64,000 nt of DNA from Amoebophrya sp. A120 (lineage: Eukaryota; Protista; Dinoflagellata). Each line of letters opens with the position of its first letter. Within the stretch, counting starts at the first letter, position 1. Made by a program: the position numbers and the translations under genes. Of the stretch, positions 11,386 through 24,139 are shown piece by piece. Under the pieces are notes generated by a model. It worked only from the letters and a program-made list of their open reading frames with translations, did no database searches and was not told the DNA's origin. The DNA lies in NCBI GenBank assembly GCA_905178155.1, contig CAJINV010000014.1, positions 1,505,984 to 1,569,983 on the forward strand. Direction: 5' to 3'.

Positions 11386-14300
11386 ATGTTGCATAATCTT
11401 CAGGGTCTCGACATGGCCGGCGCAACCACGAGTGCAGCTGCGCCTGCGATAATTCCTGACCAGGGTGCAGTTCCAGGCGTTGGGACTGCAACGGCCGATG
11501 AAGCAATTACCCTTGATGTTGTTCATCCAGGAGTGATGAATAGCCCGACCGCGGTTGCGAGCGAGGACGTGGCCCGCCAGGGTAGCAATGATGTCATCTT
11601 CACCGGCACCGCAAACGAAGACGAAAGTACGGGAGGCGGCGCGGAAAATAAGCGAGTAGATGAAAGAACAATAGTGGTCGGCGACCATGACCAAGTGGAC
11701 CAGTATAATCATGCCGGTGGTGCGACCACGTCGTGTACTACGTCCTCACCTACGACACTATCAAAAGAGCTCGAAGCGCCCAGCACTGTCGCGGATCAGT
11801 TGAGTACCATCGTGACCGCCGCTGCCGATCTGGACACCACGTCAACCACCGGAAAGGAGTCATGGCAAAAGCGGTCCACGGAAAAAGGGGAGCCCTCCAG
11901 CCGCAGCAGTCCGCGGGGCAGCGTGAGTGACGGAAATTGCAGTGAGGAGCCGCATAATTCATCATCAAACCGCGGCGTTTATTCATCTTCCGGGTGCATG
12001 AACAACATCACCAGTGGGAATACGAATACTTGCAACAGTGGTCCCCCAACTACTAGCGGGGCCGGAGGGGCGTCAACGTCTGGGTCCGGTTCCGTTGTCG
12101 TTGGTTCCTCCGTTCTGGCCGGGAAAAAGGGAGCTTCGAAAGGCTCTAATGTGAATAACCACTACAGAAAAGACTACACCAAAATGAACAACAGCCCGTG
12201 CGGTGTTGGCGGGCCAAGCAATCAGCAGATGAGTAACCGAGTAGACCACGCGATGAAGAATCAGAATGGGAATGGCTACAGGAACAGCACGACGAATAAA
12301 TCTGCTGGCAACTACGCCACCAGCTTCAATACTGGCGGCAAGGGCGGTGGTGGTGCTGGTGGGGGCCAGAATGCTCCTGTCGTGAGGAAAGACTACACGG
12401 CCTTGGCAATGCAGAATGAAAATCAAAGTCACCAGCAACATCACAATAACTACAAAAATCACTACTACAAAAACAACAATGCCTACGGGAACGGAGGTGG
12501 GGGCGGTGCGAGGATGAATCAGAAAAACAACGAGAGTGCGGGTCCTCTTCATGGCGGCTACAATAACCAGCATCAAAACAGGGCCGGATCACACACCAAC
12601 TATGGAAAAAACAATAACAATCAAAACCAGCACGCGAAAACCTACAACAAGAATTTTTCTAGCGGAACTTCGTCGCAACAAGATAGCCAGAATGAGGGAG
12701 GCAATAGCACTCATCGGATGAATAACAATCATCGTAATGCTGCTGGTGGAGGAGCTGGAGCCTCAGTCCACAACACGTCGGCCACCGGCGGTGGTGCGCA
12801 GATGCACGGTGCAGCTGGAAATGGTACCAGAAACTCGGCCGCTGCGGCTGCCGCTGGCGGTGGAGGTGAGCGCGAACAGACCTCCAACCAGAATCCAAAC
12901 GGAAACTACTTCAACCAACATTCTAAATATCAGCACCACAATCGGATGAATCAGCAGAGTGGTGGCCAGCAGAGGAACAATGCGAATACGAACGGCGCGG
13001 GGCAGCAGCAGCAGCCACACGGCGGATCATACAACAAGCACCAGCATTCATCAACCCACAACAAGTCCTCTGCGTATAATTCTGGTGCCGCTCCTTCAGG
13101 TTCTTCTTGGAACAACGCGGCCGGGGGAAATAACAGTACTACCAGCTATTCAGCGCACCACCATTCAAATGCTTCGCACTCCGCCAGCAACGGGACGTCG
13201 ACATCTAATGCCGCTGCGCCTGGCTTTTCCTCCTCCAATGCGGCCAATAAGAACAACTCCGACAAAAATTTTGTTGGAGGTGGAAGCCACAACAATAATT
13301 ACAGCAATAAGGAGAACAGCATGACCAGCGCAGCATCGTACAATTCGCAAATGAATACTGGCCACCAGCAGCCGAACCAACATGACACCAGCGCAGCTTC
13401 AGGAGCTACTACAACTTCTGGGCAACAAGTAGACCAGAAGCACACGACCACCTCCGGCCAGCAGCAGCAAGTGCACAGCACGTCTTTGATGGATGGCCGG
13501 TCGATGAATTACCATGTGCAGCTGGAAAAAGCAGTCCGGGGAAAGAAAGTGGAGGAGGCCTGGGCCATTTTGGAGGAGATGCAGCGGGATTTTGTGGTCT
13601 GCGACAAGTACGCGATATCCAGGATCTATCCAGGAAAAAAACCCATTCCCATCCAATTTGTCATGCAAAACATGCATAATTTCCTATGTTTGTCATGCAA
13701 AAAATGGATGGGGATGGGTGTTTTTTCCTGGATAGGATCCTGATGAAGACAGTAAACCACTACCACGACTTGAATCTATTGAAAAGAGGAATTGCCGTGG
13801 TGGAAACCTTTGTACACCAGCAGCCGCAGGTATAATTCGTTTTTTTTGTTTGGAATTGGGAAATTTGCATTGCCTATTTGCTTTGGTTCATGGCGTCACG
13901 TTTCTGGAACAAAAAAGCAAAACATCACCAGACAAAACGCAAGAGCCCCCTAGAATGAATGCTATTCAAATTCACGACGCTACGCCCCAGGACGTCGACG
14001 AAGTCCTTTTCAACTCGCTCCTGGACGCGTGCTGTCGCACCCGCGACATGGCACGCCTAGAGTCCATCCTGAACCAAATGCGGAAAAACGGCATCCAGCC
14101 GAGTTCCGTAACTCTAGGAATCTTGGTGAAGGCCTACGGCCAGGCGGGGGATATCCAGGCGGTGTGGCGTGAGTGGCTCCGCCTGAAGGACAACCTACAC
14201 GAGAACGCAAACGCGGTCACGTTTGGCTGCATGTTGGACGCGTGCGTGAAGTGTGGTAATTTTTTCTAAAATTTGGGTTTTCGTGTTCTTCCGTTGATGG

Positions 14301-17300
14301 TTTTTTCATCTCGGTAGATGAAGTGGAAAGCAAGCGCAACTACAGCAACAGGTGCAGACTTGTATTTTGACGGAGCCGAGAGTAATGTCGAGGTAGATGT
14401 AGTACCAGCCTGTTTATACTGTTTTGCATAAGTCGTGCCGTTTTTGTACCAAAGGACAGCATGAACACCCTCAGGCGACATCGAGAAGGCACTGTTCGTG
14501 TTCCAAGACATCAAGCGAATCGGCAAGCACCACAACACCATCCTGTACACCACCCTGATGAAGGGCTTTGGCATGGCCCGGAACTTGGACGGGGCGTTGA
14601 ACTTGTTTCGGGAAATGCGCGCCGAGGGGGTGCCCGTCAACACGATCACGTTCAACTCGATGATTGACGTGGCGGTGCGGGCGCACGACTGCGAACGGGC
14701 AGAGGAACTGTAATAGAAATTGAAATTCTTGATTTGGTCTGTGCCAGCTTTCAATATGATGTTGATGATAGATAAACATGACGATGACGGCGCTCAACAG
14801 AACAGCATCTATGCATCCTACAAGTCAAATAGTTCAACACAGTACGGTGCCCGTAGTTCTTCTTCTCGTTGGTAACTCGCATGTTGGACTAGTTGGTGTG
14901 GCGAAGCCGAACGAACGGAGCGCAGCTGAGATTGAATCAGTGAGTTTGAGTTTGAGTTTTAATTGAGCCTCCACTCACTTACACTCCGACTTCAAACGTT
15001 AGTGCTTTACTATCAGGTACCGCGAACTGGAAGAGACGAGCGGCATCGAGGCCGACCTGATTACCTACAGCACGCTGATCAAGGGGTTCTGCCAGGTGGG
15101 CAACTTGCAGAAGGCGCTTTTTTACATGGAGACCCTGAAGTACAAAAACCTGCAACCTGATGAGTTGGTGTTCAATTCCCTCTATCAAATGCAAAAGTGT
15201 CTGGGTCTGGAAGATTCTGAACCTGTGACGCTGTCTCTGGATTCTAAAAAAGTTTGATTGCATGACCGGCAACAGAACTCCAGTTTGTGCTAGCCGGAGA
15301 GGGCATTTCTCATTCGGTAGAGGCATCACAAAGGCCCCCTCTAAAAATCTGTCATGCTAGAGCATGCATCACAGACATCATGAGTCTTCCAAAATATGTA
15401 CGACAAACCTGGCAAGCTTCCAGACCCAGACATTTTTACATTTGATACCCTCCTGGACGGGTGCGTGAAGTCCAACGATCTGCAAACCGGGCTACACCTC
15501 TTCGAGGAACTGGCCAAGGAACTGCAGAAAACCTCGCATGTCACGTACCAGATTTTGCTCCGCTTGTATCGGAGGAGTGGGTACAGCGATTCGGAGACAG
15601 AGATGGCGATTCAGCAATTGTACTACAGTTGCAATGTGATGCTGCCGAACACCGCAGGAGGCGGAGCGGGCAATATTAACCATCATGGGAACAACCACCT
15701 TCACAACAATTCGTCTTCTAACGGGGCGAATGGTGGTAACAGCGGAGGGTCTTACAACAACTCGATGATGCACATGCAGGGTAGCAGCTACTCCATGGGA
15801 ACAAACAATCAGCAGCAGCTGCACCAGACTTCTCGCAACGGAAACAACAACGGTTCATCTGCCACCTACGGGCCGCACAGCAACAACCACATTGGAAGTA
15901 GTAGTGGAGGACATTATCACAGCAATAACTACAGCAGCAGTTTTTATCAAAACAACCAGGGCTCCAGTGTTTCCAACTTTCAGATTCAAGGGCCGCGGAA
16001 CAACGAGAATTGTATTCGGAATCACTTTCAGCAGGGGTGCGCAGCGACCACGAGCAGTATGATGCGGAGACAGGAGCAGCAGTCGCGGAATAAGTACATT
16101 ATTCCGTTGTATCATTTTTTGATTTCAAATTCCGTATCTGATTAGGTGATTTCAATTGTAACACGCACTTCATGCACAAGCTGCTTGTACTGGTAGATGA
16201 ATCGAAGATTTTTATGAGCACCTGAAGAATCAATTTAGTCCCTCCATCAACTTACTCGTCCAGCCGCCGTCGCGGCGAGAACTTTGGGCGGGACAATCGG
16301 GGTGCTGCTCCTCTGGGCGCCGGTGCTGGGTTTCTTGGGCAACAGGGAGGCGGGGGGCTGGGTCGCAGTTCTGGCTTTGTCCCCCCTCCTGCTGCTGGAC
16401 CGAGCGGCAGCATGGGTAATGCAACAAACGGCGGGCAATTCGGCGGCGCCTCGAAACATATTGATGGAAGTAACTGTGAACAGGGAGCAGCTGCTGCGAC
16501 TATACCTACCGGAGGTTCGTCGTATGGGAACACTGGTGTTGGAGCATCGAACAATATAAATTCGTACAACAATGGCACTAATAATACCGCGCCAGATCAT
16601 GGAGGTGCTGGCCCGCAACAACAGCACAGCCTGGGCTCCTGCAACAATCTTCCACAGCAGCACACTGCAAACCAACATGGAGGAGCTGCGCTCTCGCAGC
16701 AGCAGGATTATTTTCAGGGGTCCTTCTACAACGCCGGCGTGAATAGCACTTTAGACCAACACGCCGCTTACCAGAACCCAAATAACTACAGCAGCGGCCT
16801 CTTATCGACCGGCGGTACCACACCGGTGCACGCGCACCATCAAATTGCGGGCGGTGCCCAACAAAATGCCAACTTCAATCCATTACAGCAAGAGCACGCA
16901 TTTCAGCACGCTACAACTTCTATGAATAACAACCACGACATGGGTAGAGGAACAACATCAAATGGGTTCAGTTACAATCTGACTGCTGGTGCTATCAGTG
17001 GCCAACAAGGACATCAGCATCCCCAGCACCAGCAGAATCCGCTGCAGTTTGACAGCCAGCAGACGCATCAAAGTGGAGGGCATAGCCATAGCTTTCAAGC
17101 GCAGCTGCAGCAATTGGGCGGCTGCACTCCAGCGAGTGGCGTTATGAACAATCAGCACGGTGGTGCACTAGTTCCTGGAGTAGGACAGCACCAACAGCAG
17201 CAGCTTCACGACCAACAGTTCCAATACCACGATTTCCATCAAAACAGCACTGGAACATCATTTTTCAACAACCCTGCAGCAGCCGGAAATAACCTGTACG

Positions 17301-17692
17301 GAGGTGGTGCGGGTGGAGGTGGTACTTCTGCTCACCATCAAGGCCACCAGCCACAACTGCACAACTACGGCACGACCGGCGCTACTGCAAATAATATTAA
17401 TGCGAACGCCTGCGCAACTAGCTACAACGAAAGCACAGTATCTTCCTCCTGTGGGGGCAATGGAGGAGGTAACAAAAGTACGAGTGCCACGTTCAACCAG
17501 TCTTTTGAGTCGAAGTCCACTGCCGCAACGAATCAGTCACCGCAGGAGTCCATTGGGACCATGAACCACGATGCAATCCATGAGCGGATGTGCGGAGGAG
17601 CAGCCTCTGGAGCGGGCGCAGCTGGTGCGGGGGGAACGGCGGCGCTGTTGGAGCAGTTTCATGCTTCGTTGGTAAACGTTTTTTTACTGTAG
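11386..17692 (+). CDS. Pentatricopeptide repeat (PPR) protein with long N/Q/G/H-rich low-complexity ends; multi-exon, 3' end uncertain
   Basis: PPR motifs DEVLFNSLLDACCR, SSVTLGILVKAYGQ, NAVTFGCMLDACVK, NTILYTTLMKGFG, NTITFNSMID, DLITYSTLIKGFC, FNSLLDGCVK. They join in frame after removing introners 13627-13739 and 15183-15452 and GT-AG introns 13830-13990, 14256-14474, 14710-15016 and 16094-16263. A further exon up to ~18030 is possible. Confidence 0.85.
13627..13734. mobile_element. Introner, family A (TIR TATCCAGGAAAAAA..)
   Basis: TIRs plus GGATC TSD; removal gives ..ISRI|LMKTVNH. Confidence 0.9.
15183..15447. mobile_element. Introner, family B (TIR TATCAAATGCAAAAxTGTCTGGGTCTGGAAG)
   Basis: TIRs plus CCCTC TSD; removal gives FNSL|LDGC. 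Confidence 0.9.
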
Positions 17693-19463
17693 TTCTTTCA
17701 GGTTCGTGACTTTTTGAGGGACCAACGTCGATCGGGATGAAAAGGGCTTGCTGGTGGCGAACGTGTCTGGAAAATCAATAGTTCCCAGTCGAACCACAGC
17801 GATGGTCAAGAAAATCTATTGATTTCGAAACCGTACAAATTGAGGAGAAAAACTACAGACCGCCGCGAGCCAAGGATTACCCGGGAGACTACCCTCGAAA
17901 ATGCCGGATGCAGGCCTGTCCGCGGGAGGTGGTGCAGCAGCTACCAATGGAACGAACAATGCAGCTGGATCCTATTTTGCAGCGACAAATAACACGACAG
18001 GGGGTTACAGCAACTTCGGGGTGACTGAGTAAAAGTTTTGAAAACGAAAAATCGTGTTTTGTTGAAGAAAAAGAGATAATACCATGTACTGAAGAGTCTC
18101 GTCGTTCAATACCCTAGTGGAAAGAAAAGCTTGGAACTGCTCCAAATGGTGCCAATCCACTTCTACTGAAATGCTTGTTGCTCAATAGAAGCCAGCCTCT
18201 AGTATCAGCTACTCTTAGATTACTGCTTCTAGACAAATAACACGACAGGTGCAATTCGTAATCGTATGCAAAAGAGAGCAACATACCCATATTTCCAGTG
18301 CGATGAGCATGCTGACTCACGACTCAGGCTCCTCTAGCGGCCCTACAGAATCTCATATGACGCATTATTTTAGCGCCAAGTATGCCTATGCCGCTCCTAC
18401 GTAGCAGAAGTTGAGTTTTTATCATCCGCTCTACTCTGCTTCCAAGAAGTTGAAGTAAAGCTACCGGGGTACTACCTAAAAAAATTGTTGATGGCTCTCC
18501 TGTGTAAGTATTTATTCAAACGTCTTTTTATGGTTTGTTTCTCTATTTCCAGCTATGTTTTTGTGTATAAAGATAAACAACTACAGCAACAAATGACACA
18601 ATCTTCATGGTACTCTGCCACGATAATTTCCTAGTGTTGATGATGTAGCGTGTTTAACCGCCGTAGAAATTCGATGATAGGAAATATGTCTTTATTCTGA
18701 AGTTCAACATGCAGAATCTATAAAATGCACTTCTTTAATGTTTCAAGAACTCAAATGGAAAAAAGATGCAAATGCACTTCAAAATTTTACATGTTTCTCC
18801 TCATGGCCTATTCACAACATAAAACACATTCGCAGCACGATTCCATCGCTGGAATTCTCCATCTGTGGACGCCGGGAAAACTTTTGCTGCATGGTGGTCT
18901 GCTTTGAGTTTGACGTCAGTCTGCTCGTTGGACGATATGGCAGTTCTGCAACGATCAGGGAGGGAGGATAAATTCGCGGTTCATCCGAAAACTGACTTTC
19001 TTGATGATGATCGGCACCTAGCAGGCTGCGCATCGATCGGCAAATTGCACCGCTGCTGCTCCTCCAACTACACTACCGCATGATCATATGAGCGTGCTGG
19101 TTCTTCACGATTTGAGTGTGAGTGCGGGAGACATGAAGTTGTCATCGTAAACAACTTAAGCTAAATGCAGCATTGTTTTGTCGTTTTCTATAATCGCACC
19201 AGCATGTCGGGACCCTCGTTTCAGTTTCTTTCGTCATTCTTGCCTTCATTCAAGCAGATAGCGGTGATCTTGCGGCAGGTCCCAGCGGAAGATCGGGAAA
19301 GAACAGGACCGGCTCGTCGTTTTATTGAAACTGTCGGAGTCGGTGTTCTTGCTTGTGCGGAGATGGAGAACCAATGGATGCACCGGGCCACGACCGCGAT
19401 TGAAGCTAGGTGACCACAGATGCATGTTGTACTGTCCGCTGTGTACTAGCTTGTGTACGACGA

Positions 19464-20426
19464 GGACGTAACTGATCGGCAAAGTTCGCGACCTTGGAGC
19501 TGCTGCTATGTCTTCAACGGTCGTTAGCGTACAGAAGTGTGAATTTGCAGTGAATTTGTATTGCATGACTTGCATTTACTTAAAAGAGAAGAGCGCTACG
19601 TATTAGACACACGAGCCCAAGCATACCACATAGCCTGAAGGGCTGCTCGTCGCGTGGTGGCGCTTGCAGCACCAAAAGAGGTGGTCTTGCGGGGGCTCGC
19701 CGGGCTGTGTAGTGCGTATCTAGCGACCAGAGAAGGTGGGTCCTCGGGGGGCTCTTATTCTTCTGCGCGTCTGCCTCAGAAGTTCCTCTCCGAAATGGTC
19801 GAAAGGGAGGGCGACGCCTGAACACAGGGGCACTAGTTCAACATGTATGCTCTCACGAGTTGTGGTTGGCTCGGCTTGGACTTGGATATCTGGGAGCAGC
19901 CTCGGGTGGAAGGGGAGGCACGATTCGGCCGCGGACACTAGCTTGCTTCGCCTGCTGTGCTCTGCTCACAACTCCCTACGTGTCTTTTTGCCTCCGGAGC
20001 AAGTCTTATTCGACGTGATCCCCAGGTCAAGAATTCCCTTGGTGAATTTTGGGACTTTTTGTTTTGGCGACACTTTGTTGAAGCCCCAAAACGCGCTAGC
20101 GAATTTTGAAAAAGAGCCGGAGGACAAAACTCACCGGCGTCCTTTTCAAAATTCACCCCAAAATTCACCGAGCGCCACTTTTCGACCGTGATAAGCAAAG
20201 TTTAGCGCAGAAAAGTGCTCAAAAAAACGCACAAGTAGACCCTGGGAAGTGGGGCCGAGGGGAAAAGACAGGCGCCCGCTGTTGCCCTAAGCGCCTCTAT
20301 ATTCTGCCGAAAAGGCCTGGAGAGTTCACGCGCCTGCCGGATAGACGCGTCAAAGCTCTCGGCCGGGTCCTTTCGCCTTTGCTGGACGTAACTGATCGGC
20401 AAAGTTCACGACCTTGGAGCTGCTGC
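19464..20426. repeat. Insert flanked by 43-bp direct repeats, containing a nested hairpin at 20041-20169
   Basis: GGACGTAACTGATCGGCAAAGTTCRCGACCTTGGAGCTGCTGC at 19464-19506 and 20384-20426. Inverted pairs GGTGAATTTTGGG/CCCAAAATTCACC and GAATTTTGAAAA/TTTTCAAAATTC inside. Confidence 0.7.
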
Positions 20427-20441
20427 AGTAGGAGGGCCGCC

Positions 20442-23400
20442 ATGGTGAGCAACGCAACCGGGGGCAATATGAGCAGTCCGTTCGGAGGAGGTTCGGGAGC
20501 AGGGGCACTTTTGCCGAGCCACCACGACTTGCACAGCCCGGTCGTTCACCACCTCCCTCGGCAGCACCAGAATAAGATCGATGAGGAGCACCACGAGGCG
20601 AATGAGCAGTGTGTGCTCCTTGGGAAATTCGGCAGTCTTGGTTGGTGGCTGCAGGTGCTTTTGCTGGTTGTGTGTTTTGTATCCACAGTAAATTTTCCGT
20701 ACACGTACAAATGCGGTCTTTGCATGACAAAAATGGGCCCTACCCAGATAGCAACAAATGCTCTCGCCGCAGCAGTCCCAGGAGCCTTTATTTTGTTGTT
20801 GTCTCTCGGTAGTGATCACTTTGTCCAAACTTATTCTACCTAGAGTTTGTCGAGTAAGTCAGTGGCTACCGTTTTAAGTTTTAGAGAACGACAGGGACGC
20901 CCAGCCCTTAGCTTCCCAACATGACAAAAATGGGCCTCGATCCTAGTTTAGCATGACAAGTGTTGCGTTTCCAAAGATAGTGAAATTTGTGATGCGTTTT
21001 GTACATGTACAGGAAATTTGTATTGCATATTTTGTCTCCCTGATCTACAAGAGGTTCACCGACCCGGTGAGGAGAAGCTGGACCATCTGGTTTCTGGATA
21101 CCAGTAAGCAGGTAATAGGTACTAGTACTAGGAGCACTTATCATAGTACCGCTTTGGAACAAATCGAAGATGAGCCTTTTTGCATCTTCACAAATCGTGA
21201 CGCACGATCAGGAGCAGCTACAACAGCGTCAACCACTGAGATGAATTCAAATTTCAGTCTTCTTGCATTATTTAGTTGTTGACGTCGACGAACAACAACA
21301 AGCACAAGGCTCCTCCTTGAGCAAAAATGAAAACAACATGCTTACAAATCGCTACAGGGCGTCGCCGCCTGCGTTGTCCACGGACTCAACATTGCCTTGT
21401 CGAAGCTGTTTGCTTTCCTTTCCACCACACCGAACTCCGATGCCTGCAATTGGTACTGGCTGAACTTGATGCTGGACTGCACGCTGGGCGTCCTAGTCAC
21501 GTTTCTCTGCCTCCGCATTCTCTGCCGCGTCTACACCTCGGTCAGACTCGCGCTCTATGCAATGCAAAAGTATCGTACTAGTATGTATTGCTATTGCATT
21601 ACAAATTAGCCCAGCATTACAAATTGAATTTGTAATGCTGATTTCCCTTGAGAAAGAGATTTGTAATGCATAAATGCAATTAGAATTACTACGAGTACGA
21701 TACTTTTGCACAGGATACGCTCTACTGCCCGACGAAAGTGGCGAACTTCACCTACCGCCCGGAATTATGAAATGCAAAAGCATCGCACTAGTATAAATCG
21801 CATGACAAATTTCCTCAGCATGAAAAATGGAACTTGTAATGCGGATTTAGGTTAAGCTTAAGAGGGTAATGCATGACTGCGATTACTACGGGCACGATAC
21901 TTTTGCACAGGATAGGAACTCGCGAGAATTGGCGACTACGGAGACCCGATCGACTACAAGATTTACAAACGGCAACTGTTAGACTACCAGTTGATCATTA
22001 TCTTCAGCAAGATCGTGGTCTTGATCTTCGTGCAGGTCTTCTCGGATGTGTTGCTGTCGATCTCCGGCTTCATTTTGGGAATCTTCACGCCCTATCCAAG
22101 GGCGAAGCTGGTGTTTGTCATGGTGATTTATCCAGGAAAAAACACCCATCCCAATCCATTTTTTGCATGACAAACACAGCAAATTATGCATGTTTTGCAT
22201 GACAAATTGGATGGGGATGGGTGCTTTTTCGTGGATATGATTTGCCCCATCGTGATGAGCTGCTTGGCGTTGTGGGTGACCGACAACTTTTTGCAGTTTT
22301 ACAATGATTCGTTTGGCGACGTCGTCCGGGAGGAGCAGGAACTGGCCGAGAACGAATTGAAGGTAGACGAAATGGGAGGTGTGCAGCTTGACACGACGAT
22401 GCATGGGAGCAGTAGAAGTACACCAGAGGGACGAGGAGGACCCCCACACGGTCGTGGCCTTGCACGCGGCGCCGGTGGAGTTGTGCAGCACCATGCTATG
22501 GATGATTTTGTCGGCATCGGGGCTGCCAGTGCCAGCAGTAGCGGCCGCCCGTCGCGACCATTGACGCCACAGAAACAAAAAGTTTTGGATATCCACCAAG
22601 CGGATCACCTTCACGGCTTTATTTCACCTGCTGGAGACCAATTTGTTTATCAGGACAACGATGTCAGCATAGAAGATGCCGATGACGATCTATCTTCACC
22701 CGATTACAGAACCACAGCAAGAAGCAACAGAAACGGCACAACCGGGAAGAAGACGAGTGCATCTTCTAGCACGACCTCTTCGCGCCTCTACAACCAAATA
22801 GCAAGGCGGAAGAGCGACAGGGATTTGACGCTGAACGTAAAGCCAAGGCAAAACGCTGCTAATTCCTTCGCAGCAAACGTGATAGGTGGGGCCAGAACCA
22901 TGCTAGGAGGCGGCGGAGGTCGGAACAATGATAATAGGGCCACATCGTCAACATCGGCTGCAGCGACCTCTAGTTCGCTCGCCTTGGGAGTTGCGGGACG
23001 AGATGTGGCGGTGGCCAACATGGTTGCAGCTACACCGGGCGGAGGAGCTTCTTCGTCCTCATCAACTTCAATTTCGAGCAAAAAAGCTGGTACTAGTACG
23101 AAAACAGGAAGACAAGCAGCGAGCGCCACGTCATCATCAAGTGGTTTGAAAGCTTCTTCCTCGGGCTCCGTTCTTATGGACCATGTGGTAGTCGACGGTC
23201 ATATCGAAGATGAAGAAGAAGATCAACCTCAGCTCGCAGTGGAGACTCAGCTCTACAACTCCAAGACGACATCGTCCTCTGGTGAGAGCCGTATAATAGG
23301 ACGCGGAGTCGTGTCGACGTCTGCTGCGGTAAAAACCTCCGCAGCGGTCGCTGGTCCTGCTAGCGGACTCCTTGTTCAACATGGAGGGTACCAGCACTTC

Positions 23401-23472
23401 CAGTCTGAGGAGGAGGATCTTCGGGCCGGTACTTCTACTTCCACAGCGAGGACTACAACGGGAGTGGATTGA
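20442..23472 (+). CDS. STIMATE/TMEM110 (yeast YPL162C-like) multi-pass membrane protein, ~664 aa spliced
   Basis: Spliced frame gives LIYKRF.DP.RRSWTIWFLDTSKQ, CNWYWLNLMLDCTLGV, GDYGDP and KLVFVMVICP..LWVTDNFL. Four introners plus GT-AG intron 21112-21357; spliced length 1995 nt. Confidence 0.85.
20680..21029. mobile_element. Introner, family C (TATCCACAGTAAA.. / ..AAATTTGTATTGCATA)
   Basis: Imperfect TIRs, TTTTG TSD; removal gives VCFVSLIYKR. Confidence 0.88.
21556..21717. mobile_element. Introner, family D (TATGCAATGCAAAAGTATCG.. / ..CGATACTTTTGCACAGGATA)
   Basis: CGCTC TSD; frame restored (RLAL|YCPT). Confidence 0.88.
21766..21914. mobile_element. Introner, family D
   Basis: TSD GGAAT/GGAAC; frame restored into ARIGDYGDP. 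Confidence 0.85.
22129..22237. mobile_element. Introner, family A, opposite orientation to the 13627 copy
   Basis: TGATT TSD; removal gives FVMVI|CP. No GT-AG pair exists at any position within the TSD slide. Confidence 0.9.
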
Positions 23473-24139
23473 CGCGAGAACCACACGAGAGGGGCTGCGT
23501 GAAAATCCCCTTCTGTGATGAAGGTTGTCGTAGCGTGCCTACTACTATTCGGAAATTCGAACAGTGCTTGTTTTATTCTCTCTCATGATGTTCAACACGT
23601 ACATGATGTCTTGGCTTGACTTGCTCTTGCGCGTATTAAAACAGCTAGAACTTAAGCAGCGTCTGTAGCTGCAGCTTCCTGTCCTGTTTTTTCGGGCAGG
23701 CACCATTGTAAATGCATGAACGTCCACCAGACAAGAAGCACTGGATCTTGCATCACTGCAGAAGGTGCAGGGTGCAGCAAAATAGATTGCATGTTCTTCT
23801 GTGGCCTAAAAATGAAGACCAATCTCACGTCGTCTACCCACAGCTTCAATCTGTATCCGCAACTGGTGCTTGTCGCAACTTCACATCTTGTAAAGATGCT
23901 GCGGGCACCAGGGGCAGCATCGCATCGTTCTAAAGTAAGCTACAACTTGAACTTGCCAGCACGCAATTGAATCAATCGTTGCCGTTGAGTGTGGTCGGGA
24001 TCTTCATTTTTCAGTTTATGGAGCGCAGGAATGTACTGTAGCCTGTACAACCTGTACAACCACGACAGAGGAGCATTAGAGCATCACTACAGTTTGGTAC
24101 AACTACACATCATCAAAAAACGTTCAGCACGAGTCCAAG

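Noticed and set aside
14941-14960. Short microsatellites (TGAGTT)3 here and (TGAAAC)n near 63397
   Set aside because: Too short to be meaningful; not telomeric arrays.
17693-18030. Additional terminal exon(s) of the PPR gene
   Set aside because: Coding-like composition, but I could not establish a consistent splice model.
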